Source: Catajapyx aquilonaris
Lineage: Eukaryota
Assembly (NCBI GenBank): GCA_000934665.2
Contig: JYFJ02002821.1
Span: 1 to 50,290, forward strand
DNA length: 50,290 bases
Direction: 5' to 3'
In this document: positions 13,140-25,979 of the stretch, one piece after another
How positions within the stretch are numbered: the stretch's first letter is position 1
How the letters are laid out: every line of letters starts with the position of its first letter
Program-made: the position numbers and the translations under genes
The notes under the pieces: model-generated
The model's database searches: none
Told to the model about the DNA's origin: nothing
The model's input: the letters and a program-made list of their open reading frames with translations, nothing else

Positions 13140-13603
13140 TGGACAGTGTTATGCAATAATGGGTCAACCCACAAAAATGTCAAAATTGAGCCAAGCCCAG
13201 GAACATACACCTAAAGCAGAGGTTCTTAACCTTTTAGGGCCTCCGCACCCCTTTGTAGACAATATATTGGTCCTTGTCGCACCCCCTTTACCAGGGGTGA
13301 TTGATTACATTCATAGTTAGACCAGTTATTAGCTCTTGGTTAGATTAAGTCCAGAGGTGCACCTTGCTCGCACCCCCAGGGAAGCCACCTCGCACCCCCT
13401 GGAGGTGCGGGCTCCCCAGGCTAAGAACCTCTGGCCTAAAGAATCCTACTTAATTCAGTTAAAATAACGCTGGTGAAATAATCTGCATGCTTCTGCCATA
13501 AATGACCGAAAAGAACACTGAATTTCACGGGTATGACCTTCAAAGCCCTTTTTCTCAAAACTGGTCTCGCATGGGTTGACGCATTATCGCATAACACCGT
13601 CCA
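13140..13603. mobile_element. MITE with ~32-bp TIRs, hosting a nested hAT MITE
   Basis: TGGACAGTGTTATGCAATAATGGGTCAACCCA pairs with TGGGTTGACGCATTATCGCATAACACCGTCCA (3 mismatches). Confidence 0.7.
13217..13433. mobile_element. hAT (Charlie-like) MITE
   Basis: TIRs CAGAGGTTCTTAACCT and AGGCTAAGAACCTCTG; 8-bp TSD ACCTAAAG/GCCTAAAG; internal CGCACCCC repeats. Confidence 0.85.
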
Positions 13604-13626
13604 GGTCCAATATTATCAAAATAATA

Positions 13627-13850
13627 CAGTAGGTACCCGTTTTACACCCCCTCCATTTTACGCCGTTCTACATTAACGCCGGTTTGAAAATGACATCATA
13701 AAATTTTTAAATTGAAAAATTGTGATAATGTGGAAATTATGATAGCTTGCTGGTTGTGAAGTGGCCAAGAAAGATTTCCCATGCGGGAAGTACCCGTTTT
13801 ACGCCGCTCCATTTTACGCCGTTTCGCATTAACCCCGGTTTTAAAATTAC
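13627..13850 (+). mobile_element. pogo/Tigger-like transposon left end with duplicated subterminal block
   Basis: TA|CAGTAGGTACCCGTTTTAC...; the ~60-bp block GTACCCGTTTTAC..CCATTTTACGCCG..ATTAAC..CGGTTT recurs at ~13790-13850. No matching right end seen. Confidence 0.5.
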
Positions 13851-14103
13851 CGTACATTTGAAAATTTTGTATCAGATTTTTTTTATATAAATATATGATG
13901 ATAACACAATCTGAACATGAAGGCATCACTCCAACACTTCTGAGACCAAACACACGAACGTATACCTGCTCTTCTTTCCTCTGTGTTTCCTGGTGCCTTG
14001 TGGCAGGTTCTATCGATATATGAACTGTGCAGTACTGTATTGTTCGGTATTGTTGATCTCGGCACTCCCCGAAGTACTCCAACCGTTAATTGTTACGATA
14101 CCC

Positions 14104-14254
14104 TACGTGTCAAGGGGGGTAATCACTCGACTGAAAAGTGTACACTGGAGTACCAAATTCAAGGAGTCCCAAGGAGGTGCCTGAGGCGTACCAGGGAGTA
14201 CCACTCCCAGGTGTACACCGGAGAACCGAAGTGATTACCCCCTTGCTACGTGTA
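14104..14254. mobile_element. Short inverted-repeat element (MITE-like)
   Basis: CAAGGGGGGTAATCACT pairs with AGTGATTACCCCCTTG, with an inner GTGTACAC/GGAGT-ACTCC symmetry. Confidence 0.55.
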
Positions 14255-14329
14255 CTGCAATTATTATTCTTGCCAACCTGCCCGTTGTTCTATTGTTTTC
14301 ATTGTTGAATATGCAATGTTGATTTCATT

Positions 14330-14558
14330 TTAGAACGGGAGTCAGAGAGGCAGATCCATATCCTTTGGGCTTGTTGACAGCCAGGGTTGCTAGGCAATTG
14401 CTTAATCTGCTGAAAACCCCCCTTAGACTCAAAAAGGTTCGGGTTTGAGACTTTTCTCGGGGTCAGTGATATGTAAGACATGGCTCTGCGAAATTTGAGC
14501 GCTCTCCGTGCCCGGGAAGTGGCTTAATTAGGCGTGATAAATAAATAAATAAATAAAT
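14330..14558 (+). mobile_element. Possible 3' fragment of a non-LTR retroelement with (TAAA)n tail
   Basis: A short open frame ends at TAA ~14475, followed by a GC-richer segment and (TAAA)5 at 14537-14558. No TSD found. Confidence 0.3.
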
Positions 14559-15231
14559 ATATGTACAAATTTTGAGCTTTATATATATAGGGATTTTATT
14601 CGTGTAACAATAACACATACCGTATCTTAACCTGAGGAAAATCTATTGAATAAAAATATTAATTAAAGTACCGGTACGCGTAATAATAATAATAATGAAA
14701 AATTGAGTTGGTCGGCGGAAATCGGCCTAACCTTTTACTTCTTGGATTTATTTCAGCCAATCTTCAAATGTTTTTCTCTCTATTTTTTCCTGTGGTTTGA
14801 AATGGTCATTATTTTGTGGATGCAATAAATTGTTTGGTCTAATATTGGAAGACGGATATCTTAGACAATAGTGAAAAGACCATTCAGCCTTGTTTGCGTG
14901 TTTTGTGCTGGACAAAAAAAGGAATACATGCCAATATTTGCATTCAACTTTCACAGATGGAATTTCAGGCGTTTTAGGTGAAAAACCTCTGTTTTGAAGA
15001 TATGTTTGGATACGGCCTTCTTCTTAGTTCTAATAAACAGAGATCAGCAGCAGTTCCCAACATAGAGCCTGGGCGTGATACCTTCAGAAAAACTTTAACA
15101 TCTTTACACTCTGTTATAAACTGGAAGGACAAGGTGCAGATTTGGTGATACAGTACCTACTGCCGACCACAAGAGGGGGCTTCATAGGCTACTTGTAAAG
15201 CGATAGACTGCTGAGATTAACAATGCACTTA

Positions 15232-15358
15232 TGCCTGGTTGCACCAACAAAATTACCGGTCCGATAGCTCCTAACAGACCGATAGCACATGTTAAAAGGT
15301 CTACCTATCTGTCCATTAGGAGCTATCGGACCGGTAATTTTGTTGGTGCAACCAGGCA
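15232..15358. mobile_element. PIF/Harbinger-like MITE
   Basis: ~44-bp perfect TIRs starting TGCCTGGTTGCACCAACAAAATTACCGGTCCGATAGCTCCTAA; TTA TSD at 15229-15231 and 15359-15361. Confidence 0.88.
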
Positions 15359-16715
15359 TTAGAGTAGCAAAAACTTTGTAGCTACCAAACAATACAGTCA
15401 TATAGAGTCTATAGGGTACTATAACACGAGCGATCCACCTATACTTGTTGCATCATAGCTGCTTCAATCAAAATAATCACCTCCCTGTGTGTGATAATTT
15501 CCCGCTGCTTGAAGGATGTACGGTTGATTTATCTGCTCAAGGATCCACGGTGCTATTACGAAATATATGGCTTCGTAAAAACAATTGCGTCCTTGAGCGC
15601 AAACTATCGTAGCCTACGTAAGATCACACTTTTTTTTTTTTTGGATCTGATGTACTGTAACTATATCAGCTGCACGTGTTGCACCAAAAATACGCACAAA
15701 TTTAGACTCGTGTTTTATTATCACTTAAAAATTCAGATATTTTATTTCGTACCCATAATTATTGTGGGTCACGGGGTCATTAATATATGCCGCAGTCCTA
15801 TCCATCAATTGCTTGATTTCAGTTACCGTCATCGACGCAGAGGCTCAACTGTCCTGTTACAGTTGCGAGAGTGGGATCAATTAAAATAGAAAACAGAGCA
15901 TATACTCGTAATATGACAAAAAGATAGAGCCGAAAAAATCTGCCTGAACGGTGGTATCCAATCTATGCGCCAAATAAAATAATGCCAGACTGTCATACTC
16001 AATGTGCAGTGTAGTACAAGAATTCCATTGCATAATACATGTATACACAATAAAATGTACGTCATTATGAGAGATAGTAATGATGCAGTAATTATACAAG
16101 AATGAGCTTGTATTTGCATAAACTATTGTGTGTATGCAGTCGGCTAACAATTATTTATGAAAGCACTCCACTTTTATAAAAATTCATGTGCGTGGAGAGT
16201 ATACAATATGGACATCCTCATGTTGAAGTCGTCACGCGATAATTTGCAATATTCTCAGGTAGTATGTGCAGTATGCTACATCCTTCAGCAGAACTAGGGG
16301 GGAAATCATCTGTTCCTCCTGAAAGCAGCAGGCTCAAAATTAAAGCATTAAAAATTCAGAAAATAAAAATGTAAAAGGATTGTAACCAAGATATTTTGCA
16401 GTCATAGTCCCTTAACTTCTGTAATTCAAGAGGGAAGAGAGAGCAATGGACCCAGCAACATTTCCCTTATGACCTTGCCCCACTATTAAATAAATACTTC
16501 CTGGCAGGGGTGGGGACCTCCTAAATGATAACAAGCTGCAATTATTATTAGCACGTCTACAATACTTAGTCAGAACCATTCGTTGCAGATATGGAAGTAG
16601 TTCGAACCAAATAGTTCAAATTTACTAGCCCATGAACTGGCAAAATGCCAATAGCCAATGTCACGGCCTTGGTAGATCAAGAGAGAACATCAGTCGGGAA
16701 ATAGCGACCGTTGTA

Positions 16716-19700
16716 ATGGAACGTACGATGTGGGTTGTGCTCTGCAAAGTTTGTATTTTGGCTGTACTGGTAGCTGGTGTCAATGGCGCACATATTTTTA
16801 TGTTTTGCGCCCTCACCACGAAGAGCGAGATGGTGGCATTGTACCCCTTTGTTGAAGCCCTGACGCAGAAAGGTCACGAAGTGACAATGCTGACACCCTA
16901 CCTACCCAAAAAGACTATCAAAGGATTGAACATCATCTCGCCTATTGAGCTTCAGCAGAATACAGCTGCAGATACTGCAGCTGATGTCCTCGTGGACAAA
17001 TTCAAAGGAGGACTGGACGAATGGTACATGATTTCAACCATACATAATTACGTGTATCCATTAACAGACCATGCAATGATCCGTTCAAACGAGGTAAGCA
17101 GTTATGTGTTAGTATACTGTCATGTTCAGTAGTAGCTAGTAATACAGTAAAACTCGATATAACGCTCCCGCATATAATGCTTTCCCGCTTTTAACGCCCT
17201 TTGGGCGGTCCCTTGAAGAGCGTTATATCGAGGTTTTACTGTAATTAATTACATTACAACAAGACCCATTAAGTTCCTTTTCTGTGTTACACCACCACCT
17301 GCTTCTTGTTAGATATTACGCCACTGCATTGATGAGTCCTAAGGGCCTCTTGAGTGCAGTGAAGTCACACAAGGGTGCGCTGGTGTTACATAGACTATAT
17401 CAGTTACTCCGAGTATCAAGTCGTGTACAGTGAGGGGTGCAGGATGCTCTTGAAATTGTTGTTAGTGGGTGCCTTGACCATGGCCTCTACCAGGGTCGCG
17501 GATTCAGCGAGCATCGTCATTTTCAGTCCATATACCACCAAGAGTGAGATGATGCTTTTCTTCCCGTTTTGCGAGGCACTGGTCAAAAGGGGTCACGAGG
17601 TCACCATGTTTTCGCCGATTGCAACTAAAAAACCGCCCAAAGGTGTCACATACTTTGCTCCAAAGGAGCTGACTGAAAACAATGATATTGAAGAATTTGG
17701 GAAACACGCTTTAGAATTGAAACGGAAAGAGTTCGATGCAGAATGGGAGATGCTATGGACAGTCCGATATCAGCTGGAGTCTCTTACAACCAAGCTCATG
17801 TTTCAAGCCAAAGAGGTGCTTTTATTCAACCACTATTCAACCACTATTCACACAAGCATGTAATGTGCATGTAACTGTGTTACGCAACCGTCCCCTGCAA
17901 TGACTCAACTCAGAAAGCAAAGAAAACGATTAAGAAATTGGATAGTAATCATGGGCGTAGCCAGGATTTAGGTTGGGGGGGGGGGGGGGCNTCAAGGTCA
18001 CAACCCTTCGTCGCGACCTCAAATGGTGCAAAACGAAAAAGAACCCATAGAACAGTGCAATTTTGCACTGTTCTACAGGGTTTTTGCGCGTTTCCCCCCG
18101 TTTTTCTGCACTTCCCTGAGATTTGGGGGGGGGGGGGCGGCTGCCCCCATGATAGTAATGTCGAATCTGAAACTAAAACTTACGCAGTGTAAAATTACCA
18201 ATGTTTTTGGCATCCTTTGTAAGACCACCATAAGCTTTTAATTATGTTCACCAATATTTTAATGTGCTACATGTGCTTTGATAGGCCCTATCTGATGCAC
18301 ATCGTGGCCTATTGTATAAAACATATTGAAATAGTATGCCTTTACAGTGAATGTCAACTGCATGTGTTTCATTATTAATTATTATTAATTTGTTTTTTAT
18401 GAAAGTCCCCGTAAGTTACTGTCATGTCACTCAGTGTCTACCGATAACTATAACACACTAAAAAGGCATTGCATAAAAACTGGATAGTGTATCAGTAGAG
18501 GGTTACCGACAACATTACAGTGAAGAGCACTGGTTTTTTTTTTCTTCTGAAAATAATACTCGAAGAAAATGTTGTATAGTGCACTCATATAGGCTACACA
18601 TTATTTTGTCCAACCTTGACATTGTTTGGAACTCCATTTTCCTACCGTGCGAATCAAAAGAACAGCACGTAGAAGCAAATAAATTGTAGAGAGTAACTTG
18701 CGTGAATCATCTCCGACATAGATATGAATTACTTTCGTAAATATATTATTATTTTATTTATATTCATTGAACTTCATAAAACTTTCCATTCCAGGTAAAA
18801 GACTTCATCAAATCCGGAAAGAAGGTGGATTTGATGATCATCAATGGAGCCATGAATGATCTAGGACTACCTTTGGTGCACCTCTTCAAGTGTCCCTTTA
18901 TGTATATATCAGGTTCTGGAATTTACCCCTGGATGCTCAGCAGCATTGGAGCCCCATTCTCCGCTGCATATTCTCCCAGTCTCCTTTCTGAGTTTGGAGA
19001 CAGAATGACCTTTTGGGAAAGAGCTTCCAACACCCTCAGGGTACTTGTTTGGCGTTACGTCAGGGAACAGATAATTATCCCAAAAATGGAAGAAATGCTG
19101 AAGCCGTTTTACATCAAGGAGGATACCCCTCCACTGATCGACATTGACAGGAATGTCAGCTTCATCCTCAGTTGCCGAGATCCTAGCTTAGATTATCCCA
19201 GATCATATCCTTCCAACGTCATTTCTATTGGTTGTATTCATTGCCAAGATCCAAAACCTCTACCTAAGGTAAGAAATCCTGCATTCAGATTCATACAATG
19301 TGTTACATTCTGATTAATTATGGTAATATTACTTGTATTACTGCTGATTATCGTTTTTCAGGATTTGGCTGATTATTTAGATGGCTCTGGAGACCATGGA
19401 TTCATCTACTTCAGCTTCGGCACAGTTGTAAAGTTACAAAAGAATGTCGAATTTATACAGAAAACGTTCTTCAAAGCATTTGCGCAACTACCACAACGCA
19501 TATTGGTTAAATGGGATGTAGCTGCCACCAACGAGGAAATTGGAGCTCCTCCTAATGTAAGACTGGGCGAATGGCTTCCGCAACAGGATATATTAGGTAG
19601 GCCATATACTTAAGCATTTGGTTAACATGTCATGTGCAGCCCTAGGGTTCCCATACGATAAGAATCTGCATATATCATAACTTACATAAGGCTGGAGTCG

Positions 19701-20759
19701 ACATAATTCAGTGACAACCTGTTTTCAAAGAAATCCAATGAAAGTTGTATTATTTTTGGTATTCCATATGTACGAGCATACACTATTTTTGTGTGCTGGT
19801 TGTCTTGATTAACGATGTAGTGTGTCTGTCATGTGTGATGCACAATTTTTTTTTCAGATATAAGTTATGGCGAAACAGTATGTGCTGTAGGCCTACTGTA
19901 TACTGCTCCAGCGCAAAGATTTCTCGATAGTGTTGTTTATACTTCTTACTTTTTCTCTTTTTAAGGTCATCCAAAAATTAAAGCCTTCATAACGCATGGC
20001 GGTCTCTTCAGTACGATGGAAACTGTGTATCATGGTGTTCCAGTCCTGTCGTTCCCCTTTTTCTGGGACCAAGACTACAATGCAGGTATTGCAGATCGAG
20101 CTGGATTTGGAATCAAAATGGATATTGTTACAGTGACCGCACCTCAAATACTTGACGCTTTACGAAGACTAACAACAGATCCCAGGTGAGAATATGACTA
20201 ATGCAAACCAGCATGCTAAAAAAATGCCTACAAAAGTATAGAAATCGAACTTTTTTCTTTGGGCTGCCAATTTCAGCCTATCAAAGATGAAAAATTATTT
20301 TCATATTCCGCACTTAGAGCTTTGCACATGTAGAGTAGGTCTACACTCCTCAATTGTAGGGCCGAATACTTTTGTCTAGCTTTTTCAATACTGGATTTTC
20401 AATGCAGTATAGAGATTTGTTGAAAAACAGGCAGTTTTACACCTATTATATGTTTTATTTTTGCTCCTTGCAGCTTCCAAGAAAATGCCAAATACAGATC
20501 CGGAGTTTTCCGGGATCAGCCTAGTCCTCCCATGGAAAGAGCCGTTTTTTGGACCGAATTTGCTATTAAACACAAAGGAGCAGCTCACCTAAGGCCCGTC
20601 TCCCGGGAACTTCCAACATATCAACTCTACCTTCTGGACGTCATATTTGTATTTGCCGCAGCCGCTTTTGTAGTTGTTGGTCTGTTATTCTTAATGTTTC
20701 GATCATTTTTCCGCATGGTGTTGTCCATATTTTTAAAGCCAAAAAGCAAAAAAGAGTAG
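16716..20759 (+). CDS. UGT-4 isoform a (alternative first exon 1a plus shared exons 2-5, ~530 aa)
   Basis: Exon 1a 16716-17093 (signal peptide, ALTTKSE, GHEVTML, donor GAG|GTAAGC, phase 0) joins in frame to 18795-19268, 19362-19596, 19966-20185, 20474-20759. Inr-like ATCAGTC at 16689. The splice to the shared exons is inferred. Confidence 0.75.
17145..17241. mobile_element. Tc1/pogo (Tigger)-like MITE
   Basis: TA|CAGTAAAACTCGATATAACGCT ... AGCGTTATATCGAGGTTTTACTG|TA. Confidence 0.85.
17444..20759 (+). CDS. UGT-4 isoform b (first exon 1b plus shared exons 2-5, ~528 aa)
   Basis: Exon 1b 17444-17815 (signal peptide, PYTTKSE, GHEVTMF, donor GAG|GTGCTT, phase 0), then 18795-19268, 19362-19596, 19966-20185, 20474-20759. 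UGT signature, TM helix, KSKKE tail. Inr-like ATCAGTT at 17399. Confidence 0.85.
17950..18151. mobile_element. hAT (Tip100-like) MITE
   Basis: CATGGGCG...GCCCCCATG termini, perfect 8-bp TSD ATAGTAAT (17942-17949 and 18152-18159), poly-G subterminal tracts. Confidence 0.85.
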
Positions 20760-22432
20760 GCGACTATTGCCAGCGCTATCAGTGCAGAGATAGTTTCGCA
20801 AATGTGGATAATTAGGTTTGGAAATTGTTAACTAGGTTTATTTTCTAATTAATATAAAATGCAATTATTGAACAAGAATGTGATTTTAGATTATGTTTCA
20901 AGTGGAAAGACGCAGAAAATTTACACAAGGTGTGTAGACAAAATAATTCCCCCTGGCGGTGTAACATACAACACACATAATCGAGTAACAGATATATCGT
21001 AAAAATGGTTAGATATAGGAAGGATTCTCTGTTGAGAGCATCCTATATTACCGCATTCCAAAAGTAGTATGCCTACTGCTTATCCCTAATATTTCGTAAA
21101 AATTAATTTGAACGAAATTCAACATAGCCACATGATGGAGCATATCTTCAAATATCACGGTTCAGATCATGGTCAGGACATTTCACCGAGTAACCTGCAC
21201 TTGTTTCTCATCTCCCAGAAAATCTTTAGCAGGTAAGATCCTAAGGAATGAACAAGAGACTATACAGTATACTGTATATAGTAATAGACTTGGCGTCGAA
21301 AGCGTTCGACATAGGCTTACACAATATGGTCAAACGGTTGGAAAAATGCTTCTATCATGCATGGTAGCTAAAGATATGCACCATCATATGACTATATGTT
21401 AATATTTGTAAAAATACTGTCAGTCGGTATTTACTTTTGTAGGCTAATAGTGCGGTAATACTTAAAAGAATGGTTCACTAATTTGGCAAGTTGTGTTCCA
21501 AAAATCATTTTAAAGCGCACTGATTCCATATATGCGGTCAGCTTTTTTTAAAATTGATGACGCACAAAGCGTGTCATAAATCCCTATCCAGTTCAGCAGA
21601 CAGTATTTACACCGTACTTTTACTGCTGCAATGAATATACAGTATAATTGAAATGCAAGCTATGCAGTTGAATAACTATAGAACGTGAAAGAAAGCTTTA
21701 TTTTTTTATAACAAGGAGAATTATTCTCCTCCATTACTGGCCCGTTCAGTTTACCACACAGTTCACTTACGGTATCTTGTGTCAATTTTAGATTATTTCC
21801 GTCCACATATTTGAACTTTTAGCTCACATCCTTTTCCGATAATACTTTGATAATACTAAATAGAAATGCAACCTCATACATGTGCCAGTGTTGACATGAC
21901 TATATATGATGCATGTAACAGTATTGTTTTACATGTAGAAAATGTTAGATCATTACCAGTACTGCAAATTTTATTACAGCTTTAAATTGCTATAATTTAT
22001 TATAGGCCTAAACAGGATACACAGTGGTGTTAATATTAATGCATCTAAAAGAAAGGTTTTTCGGGGAGGATATCAATGATGCAGAATGATACTCATATTG
22101 CGTGAGAGCTATTGTTAACAAATAACAGGGAGTCACTGCATAGCTGACCTTGGTGGAAAGACTATTGTGAATAGCATATAGAACTACTCGTACACTGATA
22201 CAAGGTATAGGTCCCGTATAGGTTCACGACGGGGTTAGGTTGTAGCAATTCAGGGTTGTAAACTGAAAAGTGCTGTTGTAAAACGACGTCTACCTGTAAC
22301 TAGCTATCTATAGGCCCTGCCACAATGCATCACGAAAAATAGAGGAAGTGCCTATTGTGTGTTTGAACTCAGAGGTGCACTTGCAGCGAGCTGCTAATAC
22401 TGCTATTTTTCCCCCCATAATATCAATTGTCA

Positions 22433-22778
22433 GGGAGGTGTAGATGGCCGAGATGGTAACGTCTCGGCTTGCTGAGTGAAATAAGGCCCCAGGTTCGATC
22501 CCCGCCTGGGGAGTTTTCCTTTCACCTGCGTCAGGAGGGTCGCTGACCTGCACCTTGGAGGTGTCTGGCAACCTAACCTCCGGGGGAACAGCACATGACC
22601 CCTTTTCAGACAATGCACTTGCATCTATGTTCCTTCCCCGAAAATCCCTACCCTTACCCAATATCCTTGATTCCTTTCACCGGTGAATAAAGAAAAGTAT
22701 AATATACAAAAAAAACTGATGGTGGTGTGCCAACCCCCTAAAAAGGCTCCGCCTTATTACGGGGTAACGTAAAAAAAA
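22433..22778 (+). mobile_element. tRNA-derived SINE (family S2)
   Basis: A box TGGCCGAGATGG, B box GGTTCGATCCC, A-tail, TSD CAATTG(T/C)CA at 22424-22432 and 22779-22787; homologous to 43346-43714. Confidence 0.85.
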
Positions 22779-23447
22779 CAATTGCCATTTTTGAAGGTCA
22801 TTTTGAAGAGGTTTTCAATGTGAAACGCCATAAAATGGGGCGTCGTAAACAATAAGGCCTGGCTGTACTGATGTATTGAGAAGTATTGCAATAAATGTAT
22901 TTTCTAATTTATGGAAATACGAACATTCTTCATAATATATATATATATATTTAAAAACTCAAGTGTACATTAAAATGGGTCCAACATCTTCATAACATTT
23001 ATCCGATGTCGTGAGTGCAGTCTTTTATCCCCTTGGTAATAGTGTCAGTTCTTCAGTATGAAATATTTTATTTTGAAAATAAACAACTTTTATGCACAAC
23101 ACTAAGTTGTACTGTACGTAACTAAAGCTCTACGTTCATATGTAACTGACTATTTCGGATCGGCAGAGTTGTTAAATAATTGTAGGCTATACACAGATGC
23201 CTCTGACCTTAGGTTTAGTTATCAATCAAGTTCTACAAAAAAATTGCTTTTCTGCTCAGAAGATTACTAGCATCGTATTTAAGATCATGCTAATGATTGA
23301 TGAAATAGTCCATTTAAAAATCACGGTAGCCTGAGCCATTGTCGACACCTGGGGATGTACGAATATAACGACCTGTAAATTGCGTACGGTATCATATTTT
23401 TTTTGGTTACGCTGAGCCTCTCGAATAGTTTAACCTTGACTGATTAT

Positions 23448-23496
23448 TATATAAGAGATTTTACCAAGGTCGCCTTGAACACTGGCGCCCTCAGTT
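23448..23496 (+). promoter_or_regulatory. Putative core promoter of UGT-5 (TATA plus Inr)
   Basis: TATATAA at 23448-23454 and TCAGTT at 23491-23496, upstream of ATG 23535. Spacing is longer than canonical. Confidence 0.45.
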
Positions 23497-23534
23497 CTGA
23501 TTGACTGTGCAGTGTGAGCAGCTGGAAGGACAAC

Positions 23535-25677
23535 ATGCTTACAGAAAGGGCTCCGTGGGTTTTTCTGCTGTTAGCAGTGCCTTGGGCTGTGGAATCCGCT
23601 CATATAGTAGTGATTTCTGCAATAACATCTAAAAGTGAAATGGTGGTCTTCTACCCGTATGCCGAGGCTCTTGCAGAGAAAGGTCATGACGTCACTATAA
23701 TTACGCCTTATCCACCTAAGAAGCCTCTCAGGTCAGGTGTGACTTCTATCCATCCAAAAGTACTAGTTGAGAGTGCATTTATGGATGATACCGGAAGAGA
23801 TCTCGTATATATGAAGCATAATAACATGATGAGTGACAAAGCCATGAGAGAGATGTTCGAGGAATCGGTCATAATGATCACAGACATGGTGATAAACCAG
23901 GACCAAGAGGTAAGGATGAGCATGCAGTAAATAATAATATGCCCCACATTAATTACATTCTCTTGGGCCCTTTATTTAGATCAAACAACTAGTGAATTCT
24001 GGTAAAAAGGTCGACCTGTTAGTCATAAATGGCGTCCTGAATGATTTTGCCTTGCCATTGGTGCACCTGTTCAAGTGCCCTTTCATATACCTGGAAACAC
24101 CCGGAGTCTACTCATGGCACCTTAGCACCATCGGAGCACCGCTGACAACTGCCTACGAACCTGGCGTGGACACCAAATTCGGGGATCGTATGAATTTCAT
24201 GGAAAGAGTTTTCAACACATATTCGGTGCTCAGTTGGCAAAACATGAGAGAAAATTCCGTCATTCCCAAGCTTGAAAAAATGTTAACACCTGAGTACATA
24301 AAGAAGGATACCCCTCCATTGCTAGAAATTGACAGAAATGTTAGTATAATTCTTGCAATTCGAGACATCTCCCTCGACTATCCCAGGTCACTCCCACCTC
24401 AAGTCAAAACCATAGGTTGCCTTCATTGCCAAGCAGCAAAGCCACTGCCCAAGGTAAGTGCGTAACGAAATGAAGCGTTGACTTTCAGAACCATCAGAGT
24501 AATATTTTGGTCGCAATTGAGATAGGCTCGTATTTTCAATGGTCAAGTCAGTTTCCTGCTAGAACAGTTACACTCGACCATAAAGAAACGTTTGATTAAA
24601 AAGATCCGATAAGGATTAATAGATTATGCAACTTCCTAAGTCTCAATTATCTCGAAATCACTAGATTGTAACTCTGATCGTTCTGATTATGGGGTCTTCC
24701 AAGTAGTTGCATGAAAAAATTATTAATGTCATATTAATCAGATGGTATGAATTTTATTACAACAGGATATAGCTGAGTTCGTTGAAGGATCGGGAAAACA
24801 TGGATTCATATATTTAAGTTTCGGAACCGTGGTTCCAATGGATGTCCAGAAGGACTTGATACGGAGGACTTTCTTCAAAGCAATCGCCCAGTTGCCACAA
24901 AGATTCCTGGTCAAGTGGGAAACAGAAGTCACAAACGAAGAAATAGGAGCTCCACCAAATGTTTTGATCAGGCAATGGTATCCACAACAGGATGTACTAG
25001 GTATGGTGACCTATCTGGGTATAATTACTTTCCAAGTGATATTTAAAACATGTATTTTTATATCGTAGGTCATCCGAAAATTAAAGCGTTTATAAGCCAT
25101 GGTGGTCTCTTCAGTACAATGGAAACTGTTTATCATGGCGTTCCTGTCCTTTCCTTCCCATTTTTGTTCGACCAAGATTTTAACGCAGCCCTGGCACAAA
25201 AACATGGATTTGGTATCATGGCTGATATTGTTACAATAACTTCTGATCAAATATTGGATGCACTTCGGAGACTCACAACGGATCCAAGGTATACACCTCT
25301 TCCAATTCTACTAATTGCTATTGCAGTACCATCTATCAAAAAACCTGATCATTGTCATCATAACAACTCACTACTGCAATTTTCATTACAGCTTCCAAAA
25401 GAACGCCAAGCACAGGGCCAACCTTCTTCGAGACCACCCAATCCCTCCTATGGAAAATGCTGTCTACTGGACAGAATTCGTGTTGAGACACGATGGTGCT
25501 GCCCATCTTCGACCTGTCTCAAGAGAACTCCCGTTTTACAAAAGTCACCTCCTGGACATTATGCTGGCAGCAGTAGTTGCAGCTCTAGTCGTTTTGGTGA
25601 TTTCATTTTTAATGTTGAAATGTCTGTTACGTGTATTGTGCTCCTTGTTTTCCGGATCCAAATCAAAGAAAGACTAA
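23535..25677 (+). CDS. UDP-glycosyltransferase UGT-5 (Glu/Asn-type, ~529 aa)
   Basis: Exons 23535-23909, 23980-24453, 24766-25000, 25069-25288, 25392-25677 (1590 nt). AITSKSE, signature [27 protein letters not shown], TM helix, KSKKD tail; AATAAA at 25710. Confidence 0.95.
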
Positions 25678-25979
25678 GAGTGTATGACTCCATGCGAATG
25701 TATGCCCTCAATAAAACCTAATCAATTCAGGGAAATCCATATTATGAATCAATATACTAGGCCAGGGGTTCCAGGGGTACGAGGTGCCCCGAGTGACTCG
25801 GGCAAAAAATGATAACATTCTTGGCTTATCTAACCTTCCTAGACTGTTGTGCAACATGAAGCTCAGAGCAAAAAAAAAATATTCATCCATTTGATGTCAC
25901 TTATTACCCACTCGCTGGCATCAGTCCAGTACAGTAGCCTACAAGTTCTCGCGCCTTACTGATGCTGAACGGCATCATA

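Noticed and set aside
16716..17815. Exons 1a and 1b as one tandem-domain protein, or as pseudogenes
   Set aside because: Both have their own ATG and signal peptide, no good in-frame acceptor joins them, and neither has stops or frameshifts.
22308..22661. Conserved small ORFs shared with 43491-43843
   Set aside because: Antisense translations of two S2 SINE copies; frames and ends are not conserved.
16664..23472. FTZ-F1-type YCAAGGYCR sites near UGT promoters (16664, 22146, 23464)
   Set aside because: Short degenerate motif expected several times by chance in 50 kb; it also occurs in a MITE and a KIF16B intron.
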